This document shows positions 33,704 to 48,256 of a DNA stretch of 64,000 bases, piece by piece. Below the pieces are notes generated by a model. That model did not search any database. It had not been told where the DNA came from and saw only the letters and a program-made list of their open reading frames with translations. The DNA is from the human T2T-CHM13v2.0 reference genome, Homo sapiens, in the NCBI RefSeq assembly GCF_009914755.1, contig NC_060941.1; one strand, written 5' to 3'. The number at the start of each line of letters is the position of its first letter. Position 1 is the first letter of the stretch. The position numbers were made by a program, and so were the translations under genes.

Positions 33704-36494
33704 TCAGTTCCGCAGAGGACCATCATCCCCATACAGTAACCCTCTGGCAAAAGATTTACCTTCTGGGGGACAAATTTACTTTCAAACTGTGATGAAAACC
33801 AACAATGTGAACTTAGGGTGAACTTTGCTCACCCTAATTTTTATGACTTCTCTGCATGTTTAACATTTTGTGAATCAGCTTGAGTGAGGGTAGAGTACTT
33901 CATCCTGATTCTTTTTTCCTTACACCTTGTGGATCATGTGCCACCTTCATGTATTTTCAATTTGGAGTCATGGTCTCAGCTTGACTCTAAAGTCAAGAGC
34001 TTCATTCCCTTTCTCTAAGAAACTTAGGTTTTGCAACTGATCAATAATCTTCACAATCATGTTTTCATTTTCAGTGTCCTCCTCGTGGTTCTTTTATCCT
34101 TATTCCTTTCATGATCATTTTGGGTTATCTCCCTAGAAACAGGGACTCTTACCTATATGTTTCTTAATAAACTCAAAGCTGTCCTTCATCTCACATGGTG
34201 TTTTTTTTTATTTTACAGCATTCCTGATATGGGATTTACACACATATTCCATACCATACATGTTACCTAATTTGATTATAAAAACAGATGGTCATGTTTT
34301 ATTACCTCTACTTTCCAGCTGAGGAAAATTTTAATGTGTGATGTTATTTAGCTAAAAATGCAGACTCAGATTTAAGGTTGGGTCTTCTCTTTCTGTCCAA
34401 GAGCACTTATATTTAACTCTCATTAAAGTAAAAATTACATTGGGACTCTACATTAGCAAGACATGCACTTAAGTTGACTCAACAATGGAGGAGTAATCTC
34501 CTGTATTTGCAGGTAACATTTGCAGATAACATTTCCATTCTTATATGGCTTCCTTCTTCTTCTCCTGAATACATATTGGCAAGGCAAAATGAACTTAAGT
34601 TATTCCTTAAAAAATACAGATGCCATCTTTTGAGACTGTATATCTGGAATGCTCTGAAGATTCCAGAAAGAGAGAAAAGCCGCTGACTGGGATAGTCGTT
34701 GGGTGGTGGGGTAAAGGAGTACTAGCACATTCTCATGACCAACATCAGTTATATAAGATGAATATGTTCTGCAGATCTGGTGCACTCTAATGTGGACATA
34801 GTTTAAAATACTTTATTGTATACCTGAAATTTGCTGAGAAAGTGGATCTTAAATGTTCACACCACAACAATAAAAAGGAAATGGTGACTATGTGAGCTAA
34901 TAAATATATTATTATTTCACACTGTATATATATATATATATCTCAAAACATAACCTTTTATACCTTACATATACACAATTTTTATTTGTTAATTATACCT
35001 CAATAAAACTAGTAAAGAAAGAATTTAGTTGATCTAGTTAGTTATTTTAAATATATTCTTATATTCAATATTAAAATTATTTTTTAAGTTTTCTGGACAA
35101 AAAAGAACTAATATGTTCTAGGTTGCCTACTATTTGATAGATAGTGACTACATGCTTTATGTTCATTAATATTTATTCTTGAGGAAATGTTCAAAGTAGG
35201 TATTAATGTTACCATTGTAGAGATGAGGAAATTGAGGCTGAGAGAGTTAATGTAATGTCATAGTGTGGTTTCTCCCAGAACAGATACTTAGAAAAATATT
35301 CCAGTGAAAGTAGTTTATTGGGAAGTGCAGATCACACCATTAGGGATCAGAGAAGAGATACAGAAAAGGGTATACTATTGAGCCAGTAAGTATCACAGTG
35401 ACCAACTAAAATTTAAACCAAAGGGAAAACTATCAGAAATGATGAAAAACACATAAATTAGCAATCTCTATCTTCAGGAATAAGGGAGCTAGAGTCTTTG
35501 TAAATCAGCTCTCCAAGATCATTGGTTGAGTTGAGTGATAGTCCTCTGTGTGGAATGCACAGGTGACATGACTTTCTGCAGTTGCAATACAAGAGCCCTT
35601 AGGCACAGAGATGCAGATTCTGGCAAATAGAAACTGGCCCAAGCACACTAAGATCTGAGAAATATGGACAGGATAATGAAAATGTCATCTATGGTCTGTC
35701 ATTCGCTCCACTCAGATCCAATCTTTGCTTCTTAACTGTGATGGACAGCCAGAAATTCTAGGAGAAGGAGGTAGAGGAGGAGAGAAAGAAGAGGGACAGA
35801 AGGTTCTGAGCTGCTAGTTACTATACCGTTGTCCACTGTGATTGCTGTTACTCATTTGTGGTTATCACTAGGCATGGACACGCTCTGAGATACTTCCATA
35901 TTTGGATTGATTTTTTTCCCCAGAAATTCATAGACAAATAAGGTCATTGAGAATGTAACTAGTTAAGTAAGGTCACATTGGAATAAACTGGTCTTCTTAT
36001 TCAATATGACTGGTGTCTGTATGAAAAGGATGGTAGAATAGAAGGAAGGGAAGGTAAGAGGAAAGGAAGGCAGGAAGGAAGAAGGGAAGGAGAGATATAA
36101 AATAAAGGCCAAATGGAACAAGATACAGTTACTACTGTAATAGGGTTCACCTGAGATTCATCATCTCCATTAGTTACCACAAGTTCTATACTCCCTTCAC
36201 CACTGGCCAGCACTTCTGTTGTCTAGATAATTGCCTGATGATGTAAGCCAGAACCTCCTGCCTGAAGGGTCTGACCCTCTAGTTACTGTGTTATTGTCCA
36301 CTGTGATTCCTGTTACTCATTTGCAGTTATCATCAGCCATGGACACACTCTGAGATACTTCAATATTTGGATTGACTTGTTTCCCCAGAAATTCATCACC
36401 AAATAGGGTCATTGAGAATGTAACTAGTTAAGGTAAGGTCACATTGGAATAAAATGGGCCTCTGATTCAATATAACTGGTGTCTGCATGACAAG

Positions 36495-37572
36495 TAAAGT
36501 TCGCCACACACCTACAGTCACCTCATTTTCAACAAAGGTGCCAAGAGCATACACTGGGAAAAAGGCATTCTCTTCAATAAACCATGCTGGGAAAACTAGA
36601 TATCTCTATGCAGAGGAATGAAACTAGATCCCTCTTTCTCACCACATACAAAAATCAAATCAAATTAGATCGAAGACTTGAATCTAAGACCTCGAACTAT
36701 GAAACTACTACAAGAAAATATTGGGGAAAATCTCCAGGACATTGGTCTGGGCAAAAATTTCTTGAGCAATACCCCGCAAGCACAGGCAACCAAAGCAAAA
36801 ATAAACAAATGGGATCACATCAAATTAAAAAGCTTCTGCACAGCAAAGGAAACAATAACAAAGAGACAACCCACAGAATGGGAGAAAATATTTGCAAAAT
36901 ACCTATGCATTGTTAATGAATTAACAACCAGAATATAAGGAGGTCAAATAATTCTATAGGAAAAAAAATCTAATAATCTGATCACAAAATGGGCAAAAGA
37001 TTTGAATTGACATTTCTCAAAAGAAGACATATAAATAAGCATATGAAAAGGTGTTCACCATCATTGATCATCAGAGAAATGCAAATCAAAACTACAATGA
37101 GAGATCATCTCACCCCAGTTAAAATGGCTTATATCCAAAAGGCAGGCAATGACAAATGCTGATGCAGATGTGGAGAAAAGAGAACGCTCGTGCATTCTTG
37201 GTGGGAATGTAAATTAGTACAAGCGCTATGGAAGACACTTTGGAGGTTCCTCAAAAAACTAAAAACTGAGCTACCATATTATCCAGCAATCACACTCCTC
37301 GGTATATACCCAGAAGAAGAGAAATTGGTATATCAAAGAGACATCTGCACTCCTATATTTGTTGCAACACTGTTTACAATAGCTAAGATTTAGCAGCAAT
37401 GTAAGTGTCCACCAACAGATGAGTGGATAAAGAAAATGTGGTACATACACCAAATGAAGTATTATTCAGCCATAAAAAAGAATGAGATCAAGTCATTTGC
37501 AACAACATGGATGGAGTTGAAGATCATTATGTTAAGTAAAATAAGCCAGGCACAGAAAGACAAACACCACAT
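36495..37572 (+). mobile_element. L1MA/L1PB-type ORF2 3' fragment
   Basis: ORF2-like peptides ([18 protein letters not shown]); truncated before the 3'UTR and joined to downstream unit sequence, implying a later deletion. Confidence 0.85.
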
Positions 37573-38103
37573 ACACATCCGGAGTAGGTTGCACAAAGAC
37601 AGGTAGGTGCCTGTTATTCTTGAATCAGGCCTTGTAGGTGAATAGCCTTGACGCAGGCATGGATTCAGTTCATCACTGTGAACCTATCAGCATCATGCTC
37701 CTCCCCACAGACACTCCCCAAAGAACAAGCTGGGGAGAGACACCTGCCCTGACCTTCCAAGGCCAGTAGGAACTATCACATGACCACATGATGACCAGAG
37801 CAGGAAGGATGTCAATGATGTGACCACCTTCCTTTTATCTGAAACAAAGTTTCTAACAGTTATTCTCAATTAAGAAACAGATTAAACCCTTACTCTCAGA
37901 AGATCTATAATATTTAGGAAACAACATCCTCTTCAATAATCCCAAACTGACTACGGAAAACAATGTAAACAACAACAAGGAAAAGTCCTGCTGATTGGTG
38001 GAAACTTTGGAGGCTTAGTGTATAGAAGGTCCAGATTGGAAGGAGTCATCAGATTCCGGGAAATTTACCTCTAAACAGGAGCCCACCCTCCACCCCTGAC
38101 ATC

Positions 38104-38317
38104 ATGACCCAGTGTTGCTCCCCTTGCTGCCAGCCTATGTGCTGCAACCACCTGTTACAGGAGCATCTGCTGTGGGTCCAGCTCCCGCCCGCCTTGCTGT
38201 GGCCCAATTTGCTGTGCAATCACCTGCTACAGGACCGTCTGTGTGACCACCTGCTGCAGCCCACCCTGCTGCCAGCCCACCTACTGTGAGTCCAGCTGCT
38301 ACCAGCCTTACCAATGA
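38104..38317 (+). pseudogene. KRTAP9 pseudogene (probably KRTAP9-10P)
   Basis: Homologous promoter with TATA changed to TATAGAA (38021); [14 protein letters not shown] then a 2-nt loss (tgctgca--accacc); the original frame continues TTCYRSICCGSS...CCQPTYCESSCYQPYQ to TGA at 38315. Confidence 0.85.
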
Positions 38318-38705
38318 ACTAACTCCCACTCCCCTGACTTTGTTGACAACCAACATACTGTTGCCAAACATTTGATGTGTTATATTGTTAAATTGTGAGG
38401 CTGCTTAGTGAAGTGGAGCTGGCTTCACTTTGATTTTTCTCTTCCTTATTTCCTATATATCAGAGTGCCAGCTGCTAGTCATCTTCATGGATCCTTGACA
38501 TGAACTCAAGATCTCAGCCAAGGAAAAATTGTCATCCCCTTTTCCCTCTAACAATCTTAAAATATCAAATCCCTAAGACTGTTCTCTTAAGTCTCTGCAA
38601 CTGATCAATATTGCTGCAAACGCCCAATATCAACCACGTTATATCAATGTACTCATTATTCCTGTGTCCTGCTTCTCACCTCCATAATCAGTTAGAATTA
38701 TCTTC

Positions 38706-39273
38706 AAGGATCTAGAACTAGAAATACCATTTGACCCAGCAATCCCATTACTGGGTATATACCCAAAGGCTTATAAATCATGCTACTATAAAGACGCATG
38801 CACACGTATGTTTGCTGCGGCACTATTCACAATAGCAAAGACGTGGAACCAACCCAAATGTCCATCAGTGATAGACTGGATTAAGAAATATGGCACATAT
38901 ACACCATGGAATACTATGCAGCCATAAAAAAGGATGAGTTCATGTCCTTTGCAGGGACATGGATGCAGCTGGAAACCATCATTCTAAGCAAACTATCACA
39001 AGGACAGAAAACCAAATACCGCATGTTCTCCCTCATAGGTGGGAATTGAACAATGAGAACACTTGGACAAAGGGCAGGGAACACCACACCCCAGGGCCTG
39101 TCATGGGGTGGGGGTCAGGGGGAGGGATAGCATTAGGAGAAATACCTAATGTAAATGACGAGTTAACGGGTGCGGCAAACCAACATGGCACATGTATACC
39201 TATGTAACAAACCTGCATGTTGTGCACATGTACCCTAAACTTACAGTATAATAAAAAAATTATTTTAAAAAAA
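38706..39273 (+). mobile_element. L1PA 3' end, about 570 bp
   Basis: ORF2 tail, 3'UTR, A tail; 12-bp TSD AGAATTATCTTC at 38694-38705 and 39274-39285. Confidence 0.92.
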
Positions 39274-39349
39274 AGAATTATCTTCCTAAAGTCTTTCCTG
39301 TCATGGACCATACATTGGGGTTTTGTTCTGCACAGCTATTCCTTTAAAA

Positions 39350-39535
39350 GGCCTTGCATGTGTATTGTATTTCCTATTATCTCTTCTAATCTCATAGTAA
39401 CCCCACAAGGTGGGCAAAGCAAAGACTATCATTTGCACATTACAAATGGGAAAAATCACTGGCCTCAGGTCATACAGTTAGAAATTGATAGAATTAAGTC
39501 CAATACCCAGATGTTCTGAATCTTGATCCAGGGCA
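39350..39535 (-). mobile_element. MIR
   Basis: aatctcatagtaacccc...ggtcatacagttagaaa...ccagatgttctgaatc resembles MIR. Confidence 0.6.
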
Positions 39536-40249
39536 TTATTATTTAGATTTTAATACAAGTAGAAATAACTCTGGTGTCTGAGTTTTAGGGAAGGTGTATG
39601 ATTTGAGTTGCTTGTTGACAAATGAAAATGAAATGTCTTGTACATGTAGGTCACTTTTCTACCTAAAAATGCAGAATACTTGAACAAAAAAGACTAAGAA
39701 ACACCCTGCAATGCGCACAAGACACAGTTTCTGTGCTCCAAATGCTGGATCAACCTAGCTTCTCAATCAGAGGATTATAAGGGTAGTGCATATTTACAGA
39801 ATCCTCAGAATTGAAGTAACTGAGCAATGGGTATATAATGCTTTGATCCAACCAGTGCCTCAATGTTGTGAGGCAAAGTTGAAGCAGAGGAGATTCAACA
39901 TCAGAGTATTAGAAAAAGAAAACATAAGGATTTGAGAAAGAAAATAAAGGAAACTGGTCACTCTTAAAAAGTATAGTGGATATAATGACAATAGACGTTA
40001 TTGTAGTCCCCCAAAGTGGGCTAGACTTTCCGAAGAGCTGAACACCAAAGAGGATACCAAGATATTTCTTGAAAAAAAAGAACAGATACTGGCTCCAGGG
40101 GAAAAATAATATTCTGTGGCCTGAGCTATCGCATAGTAGTTAGGTCTTAGGAAATCTAAGAAGGTGGAGGGATTTTCCAAAGAGGCTTCCATGTTGTCTG
40201 ACTTGCTAAGTGCTTGCTCTCCTGATGCATTCAAGGATGAGCTGAGGCA

Positions 40250-40450
40250 CTACCATTTATTGAGTAACTACAGGTATTAGTCTAGGTTTTTCTAATTCAT
40301 AATCCACCAATGTTTTATTTTCCTCATTTCACAGATGAAGAAACAGAGGCTAAGGGAGATGAAGGAACTTGTTCAAAGTTGTACAGTTAACAGTTGACCT
40401 GGCTTCAAACACTAAGCTGTCTACACTACACTCACTGTGTGTGCTATGCT
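40250..40450 (-). mobile_element. MIR
   Basis: catttcacagatgaagaaacagaggct core. Confidence 0.7.
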
Positions 40451-40614
40451 CCCTGCCCCTACCAGTCTAGAGACATAACCGGGTCTATGGAGTCTTGAAT
40501 ATGACAGCAAATTACTTGGTACCCTCACACAGTCTCATTTCCTTATTCTACCAATAGTTGGGACTTCGGGAGAGTGAATAAGAATAAAGACTTACATCTG
40601 GATATTAAAACAAT

Positions 40615-40760
40615 CCTTTATTTAAATAAGATTTATTGAGCACTTACTGTGTGTTAAGTACTGTGCCAGGTGCTGTGATTACAGAAGTGAACGAGACATT
40701 CAACATCCTCACCTTTATTGTGCTTCGGGAAGAATACAAACAAGAGACAAAATTTATACA
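40615..40760 (-). mobile_element. L2 3' end
   Basis: atttattgagcacttactgtgtg...tgtgccaggtgctg motif. Confidence 0.65.
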
Positions 40761-43700
40761 GTAGAAGTGAGGAAGGTGAGCCTATATTATTAATGATATA
40801 GGAAGGGTGGTTCATGACGACTGTATCTAACAGAATTGTATCTTAGCAACGAATCAGAGAGGGAAGGAAATAAAAAACTTCCATTTTGAACCCATGAATC
40901 AATTTACCAAGTAGAACAACAGGGGTGATACTGAAAGAACTCAGGTACAAAAATTCCCCAAAAATGTAAATGCAGAAACAATAAAACATGGTTGGAATAT
41001 ATTAAGTACTTCCCCCAAAGCCTGCAGCTTGTAGGTAGCAGAACAGGCATGATGCAAATACTCATCTATGTGATTTCGATCCTCATGGCCCAGACTTTCC
41101 TGCCTTCTTCCACAGTGGAAAACCTGTGCATGAACAAAGAAGGGAAGATGAACCCATGAGCTCTCTTTGTGTGGACATACTGCAGTCTTCCTGGCCAAAC
41201 ACAGGAAATTGATGATACATTGCAAATGCAGATCACAAAACCAGCACACATGGGAGGAGAAGGGATGAAGGAACATCCAACAATCTAGCTATTTTGTGGG
41301 GACCTCAGAATCACTAAAATTGAGCAGAAGGTTCTTAGGCAACCAGGTAAACCACCTTGATCTAGATTTTAACAATGAGAAGGACTTGGTAAGCAAAGGT
41401 TAGTGATGATAAACTTGCTGCAAAAGGACCATGTAAAAATTTGTGATAGCAAGGCAAGGAAATGCTTGTTTGGCTGGAACTGCATTCTACAGAGCAGGAA
41501 GATAATTGGCTATTTACAGGAACATGAATGTGATTTTCCAGCAAAGGGCACTGGAATAGAGGATGGAGCTAAGGGTAGGGAAGCGCTCAGAAAAGCCATT
41601 CTGATTGCTTAGTCACAGATGCTTCTAATGAGGAAAAAGTTCAGGGGGTCTAGAGTGAGTACAGAAATTCTCTAAAAGCTCTTTAAAAGATCTTCCTAGG
41701 AATGGAACAGACCACCCCGGGTGTATGAATTTCCATTTACTAGACACTTAAGCATTGGATCTGGCAACACATGGCAGGAAGTTTATTAGGATTCCTTCCA
41801 TGCCTGAGATTCTTTGAGATCCTTAAACACTCTGTCTTGCCCCATCATTATTTGATTAATTAATTGCTAACAGGTTGTTATTCTCTGAACTCCGTAAGCA
41901 TTCACATACATAATGCTTTAAAGAAAGCATACACACTGTCATGATAATTGGCATTCCCTTGGAGATAAAAAAAAAAAAAAATAAGGACTATCTCCCCAAT
42001 GGCATGCAAGGTAGAATTCACAACCCTTGATAAATGTACCTGGGTCTGGCCTTTAGCCTTGCAGACTCAGAGACCTGATTTTGCTTACATTCTAAGGGTT
42101 AAGCCACGTCTTAGAGCAGACACCTGTTAGCCAAGCCCAAAAAGCAAGGATGCCTATTTATTAAATTACAGGAGAATTAAGTAACAGGAACTTCTAAACC
42201 ACCACATGAGTAAGGAATCAGACAGGAAGTTATATAAACTAAATGTTGAATGGCATTTGACATGTTCGTTTCACAATAGTTCTCACCAATGGAAATTGAA
42301 AATTCATAGTCCCTCTCCTGTGGGCAGTTGCCTGGAGGCACACTGCCAACATTCACCCCAGCACTTGTCTTAACCCTGATTTTCCATGGTTCAACAATAC
42401 TCTAATTTAACTTTCACATTTTTACATCTTCAATTAGACTTGAATCAATTCCTCAGACTTTTAATGCATACATCTTTTTAAGGTGACGCTACATAATTTG
42501 GTTTTGATCGTTTTGAACATAGGTTCCAAGTCTTGGATGATATCTGACTGTACCAATGCATTCTCATTCACACCATTGCATGGTGAGCATCCATGATGAA
42601 ATTTATATTTGGTTTAGTTCATGTCTACCATCATATCTGTTGACTATTTGTAATATTTCTATTGCATGTCAGGATAACTTGGGCTTTGTTTATCTTTCTT
42701 ATCTCACTAAGTCTTTAAAAAAAGATTACTGTGTGATACAGAGTTGTCATCATAATGATAATGTAGAATTATCATCAGAGTGTTGGGTTGACTCTTATGA
42801 TTTTGTGTGTGTCTTTGTTCATCTAATTATAATCTAACATCACCAACCTGTTATGAGTGACACACCACATACTTCTTCCTTCCTCCCTGCTGTGAGTTAT
42901 AGTGGTGATTGGACTATAATTAATTTATTCTTCTTAGAATTTGAATTACACATAAAAGACAATCCCTAGGTTAGGCCCTCTAGTGCAATGTAATATTGTT
43001 ATGGAAAGAACAGGGATTAATTTCAGAAAAACCAGCCTGTGTTTCCTACATTCAAAATAGGGAAAACTCGGCTCTTTCATCACTGGACACCTTCTCCTTG
43101 GAACCTCTTCTGACAGATGGTTCAGATAACACAGCTTGGGATTTTTCTTGTGAATATGCAGGAAACAAGAATGAATGTTATATTCTAAGATCAAACGCTG
43201 GGATAAATTTAATTAAATTGTAGGTTTGGAGGTAACTAATGCAGAAAATATAGGATTAAAAATCAGAAATAAAATTAAAATGATTCCCACTTAAATAAAC
43301 AAATATAGACATTATTCTAGAATATAAATCAAGAAAGCCTAAATTGGATAGACTGTATAAACTCGCTAAGGAAAGCATGCAAGCTTTATCCATCCTTTAT
43401 TATCACTGCGTTCCACAGTGGCTGTGGCCTGTCCCAGACCAGAAAACCTTCAGATCCTCTTTCTAAACAAAAGCATTCCTTATGCAAGATAAGGACAAGG
43501 TAAAAACCAAGCTCTTCAGCCCCAGTCAGATTCCTGCTTGGAACAAAGATTAAGATGGAAAGGGTCAAATTTCAATAATCTTCTGCCCTTTAAGGTTGAT
43601 TCCTAGCAAAATCAACCCAGTTTTTTCCAAGCATTCCCCTTTAAGTGCCCAATAGTAATAAATATAGCAAAGCATAAGTATACTTAATATATAAAACAAA

Positions 43701-44043
43701 CCACTCACTAAGACCAACATTAAGTCCACTATGAAAGAATTGTACCTACACAAATAGGTGATGATAAGAATATAAGGGATTTCATTTAAGATCTACTGGT
43801 AAAATTATGATTAAGACATAAGAAAGGAGGACTTCTTAATATTACTTATATATTCAAAGAATAATATTTGAACAGAATTGTGTAGAAGGACAGCTGGAAA
43901 GGGGAATAGTGGCCCCAAATGGATGTAAACAGCATAGGAGAGAATTTAGTTTCTTTAAATGAGTTCTAGTTTCCTGACCGTGGACAAACTACTTCTCAGA
44001 TACTGAGACATCTTCCAAGTGAGAACATTGAACACTGAGCTCT

Positions 44044-44320
<277 letters not shown>

Positions 44321-45011
44321 CAAGAACATTGAACTCTTATTGGTGATGTTTGAAGAATCGTGGGGAACCTAAAATTTGGGAGACTGGATCTATATTAGCA
44401 TCAGAGAAAATTTTCATTCAATCTGAACTGATCAAAATAAGGATAGCTCCCTCTCCTTCAGGAAGCATTGAGCATGCCAGCATTTGCAAAATATATACCC
44501 GAACTTGAATTGCAAGAGCAGTTTTTTCCTTTTTGGCCCTGAAAATAACTTACAACATCCAAGAAGACTTTAAACAATCTATCTTTTACCTATTGCACAA
44601 TTTGTTATTATACAATAGGGGGCTTATTGTTATTATTGTTGTTTGTAATGGTATTTCTAGGGCTTTCTATATTTCAAATGACTGACTCAATTCTGTTTAG
44701 TGCTGAATCACTGTTTTCCTCTTTCGTTTTTCTTTTAACTGGTAAATATTAACTTCCTTCATACAGCTCTGTCCTAAGACAGGTACAGCTAGCTTATTGG
44801 TGACAGCCGGACATGCTTGCACTGAATGACCGATGGTTTCCACTCTTCTTCTTTCCTCCTCTTTCCTAGTAGCTCAGTTCAATAAGGTTAAGCCCTTTTC
44901 TGATGGTTTGAGATACATTTAAAATGAATTTCTTATATTTATTTTTCTGGTGAAATAATATGTTATCAGGGAAACAATAGGGATTTGGCTTTTAAAAATT
45001 CATCATAGTCT

Positions 45012-45502
45012 TGTTAAAAAAAAAATTATTCAATGGCACTTGTGAAAGCCTGGTAAGGGAGACTTTATTCAGGAACACTGCAGTAAACAAAGGAACCACC
45101 ATAACAGGGTCTTGCATTGGGAGACAGAGATTGGACTCATCTCCTAACATAGCATGGGCAAGTGAGAATTTACAGCCAAGGAGCAGGGTGGCGGTCAGTG
45201 GATGGAAAATTACTAAGAGGAAGCATCACCAGTAGGGAAATTTTGGCTAAACTGACCTAAAAGTGCTCTTGCTGAAGACAGGCGAGGGTGATCAAACATC
45301 ACTTGGAGAATGGTGGCAGATAAGAGATCTGATCCGCTATTAAGGGTGATCAGATATCGAGGATGGGGAGTTCTTGCTAAACCTATTTAGCAGGGCTCTT
45401 TGCTAAAATTTTACAAAACTGGATTTTACAAGGAAGTGCACCCATGGGCCTATGAGAAGGTTCAGAAGCTTGACTAAACTATGGACAAGGAAAAAAATCT
45501 TC
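45012..45502 (-). mobile_element. MER31-like ERV1 LTR
   Basis: gggtgatcagatatcgagg and aaactggattttacaaggaagtgca...gagaaggttcagaagc match recalled MER31; TG...CA ends. Confidence 0.7.
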
Positions 45503-45853
45503 ATTGGTCCTTACTGCCTTTTTAAAGAAACATTGGACTTCATGGCCACTAGTGAGGGTTTGGATTTAACTAATGAGTATCACTAGAAATTGGACATGCA
45601 TGAGATTCACCATCCCTGTCCACCACCTCTGCTGATTGTCTTAATAACTGGTTAATTTTGCCACCTCTAAAATATCTTTCCTGCACATTTCTTCATTGTA
45701 TTTATAATTTGAATTATCTTCTTTGCAACTAAGGCATTTCCCAATTTATCACCTAGTAATCTATACTCATCTTGCATATCCTTTCGTGACCTAGATTATG
45801 TGTGCAGTATATCCTTCATAAGCTCTTAAATTTAAAGGATATTTTATATTTTA

Positions 45854-46160
<307 letters not shown>

Positions 46161-46259
46161 ATTAATTAATTAATATTTTTAAAAAAACAAAGTTCTTTCA
46201 CATCTATTCCCATGCCACTAAGTCAAGAGACTAATTTTTAAGACTTCGGGAAAGATCTA

Positions 46260-46607
<348 letters not shown>

Positions 46608-47374
46608 GAGCAATCCTTGGATTTTGTTTGCAACAGCTCTAGACTATTTATCAGGAAATCACTACCATCAAATATTTTTCCAGTTCCAGCTAGGTTCAGG
46701 TGTTGCCAAGAAGTTTCTGATGAAGTGGGCTACAGGAGGGAACTTACTTCTAGATGTTATAGAACTATTGTTGTAAGATGAATTTATTTAGGTGGGCAAA
46801 CTGATGAGACCAACATGAGTAACACCAAATGCCGTACACCACGCAGATGGGCAAGTTTCATGTTATACTGGGGACTCATGGGCTCATTACACCCATCTTT
46901 TGGGCCATTTTTATGTCTCAAATATCAGTTTTTATTCTGTTGTCTTAACTTATAGCCACTGAGATAACTCCCTACTGATATTTAGTTTCCAAGTTGACCT
47001 TTACAAGGCTGCCTTAACTTTGCCCCTTAACATCCTTTATCAAAGCCCATTACACGAATCCCACATTTGAGATTTCCAAAATAAGACAATCATGCATAGC
47101 TTTTCCTCAGGAATGGAACTTCTCAGGACAAGTCTGACGTGTACCCTAGTTATTAAATAGATAGGGAAACAATCAGAAAAATGACAGGGGAAATTTCATT
47201 CTAATAGACACTGGGAGAAAAGATGGCTTATGTTGACTTAATTCTTTTTAAAATACTTTACTGTGTGTGATTAGTATCCTAAGGCCTTTTAAAATACTTT
47301 TCAGTATACTATAAAGATGCCAGAGGGAGTTATAAGGAGCTATGGGCTGGGATTTGATTGAAAAAGCCCAAGTA

Positions 47375-47510
47375 GGTCAGGCGTGGTGGCTTGTGCCTGT
47401 AATCCCAGCACTTTGGGAGGGCAAGGCAGGCAGATCACTTGAGGTCAGGAGTTCAAAACCAGCCTGGCCAACGTGGTGAAACCCCATCTCTACTTAAAAA
47501 AATAAAAAAT
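47375..47510 (+). mobile_element. Alu left monomer with its own TSD
   Basis: Left arm plus A tract, flanked by AAAG(C/G)CCAAGTA. Confidence 0.85.
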
Positions 47511-47794
47511 AAAGGCCAAGTAGAGAATACGAGTTTGAGCCATATGAAGTTTCCATTTTTGTAGATCAAAAATAACTGCATAGCTACAACTTCAAAGGTT
47601 TAGCCTTAGGAAGAAAGATTCGTGAACAAGTCATTAAACAGGGATGGTAGGAGTCCATGAGAAGAATGAAAGAAGCTCCAGATGCTTTTTGGTTGGAAAA
47701 AAACAAAAACAAAAACAAAAACAAAACAGCAGAAAACATGGTGAAAATGTGTTTTTTAATGAAATGGTTGTAAACAAAGTGAGTATGCCATTAA

Positions 47795-48256
<462 letters not shown>

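Noticed and set aside
40941-41276. Cys-containing minus-strand ORFs as a hidden KRTAP
   Set aside because: No CCQP/CQP periodicity and no KRTAP promoter layout.
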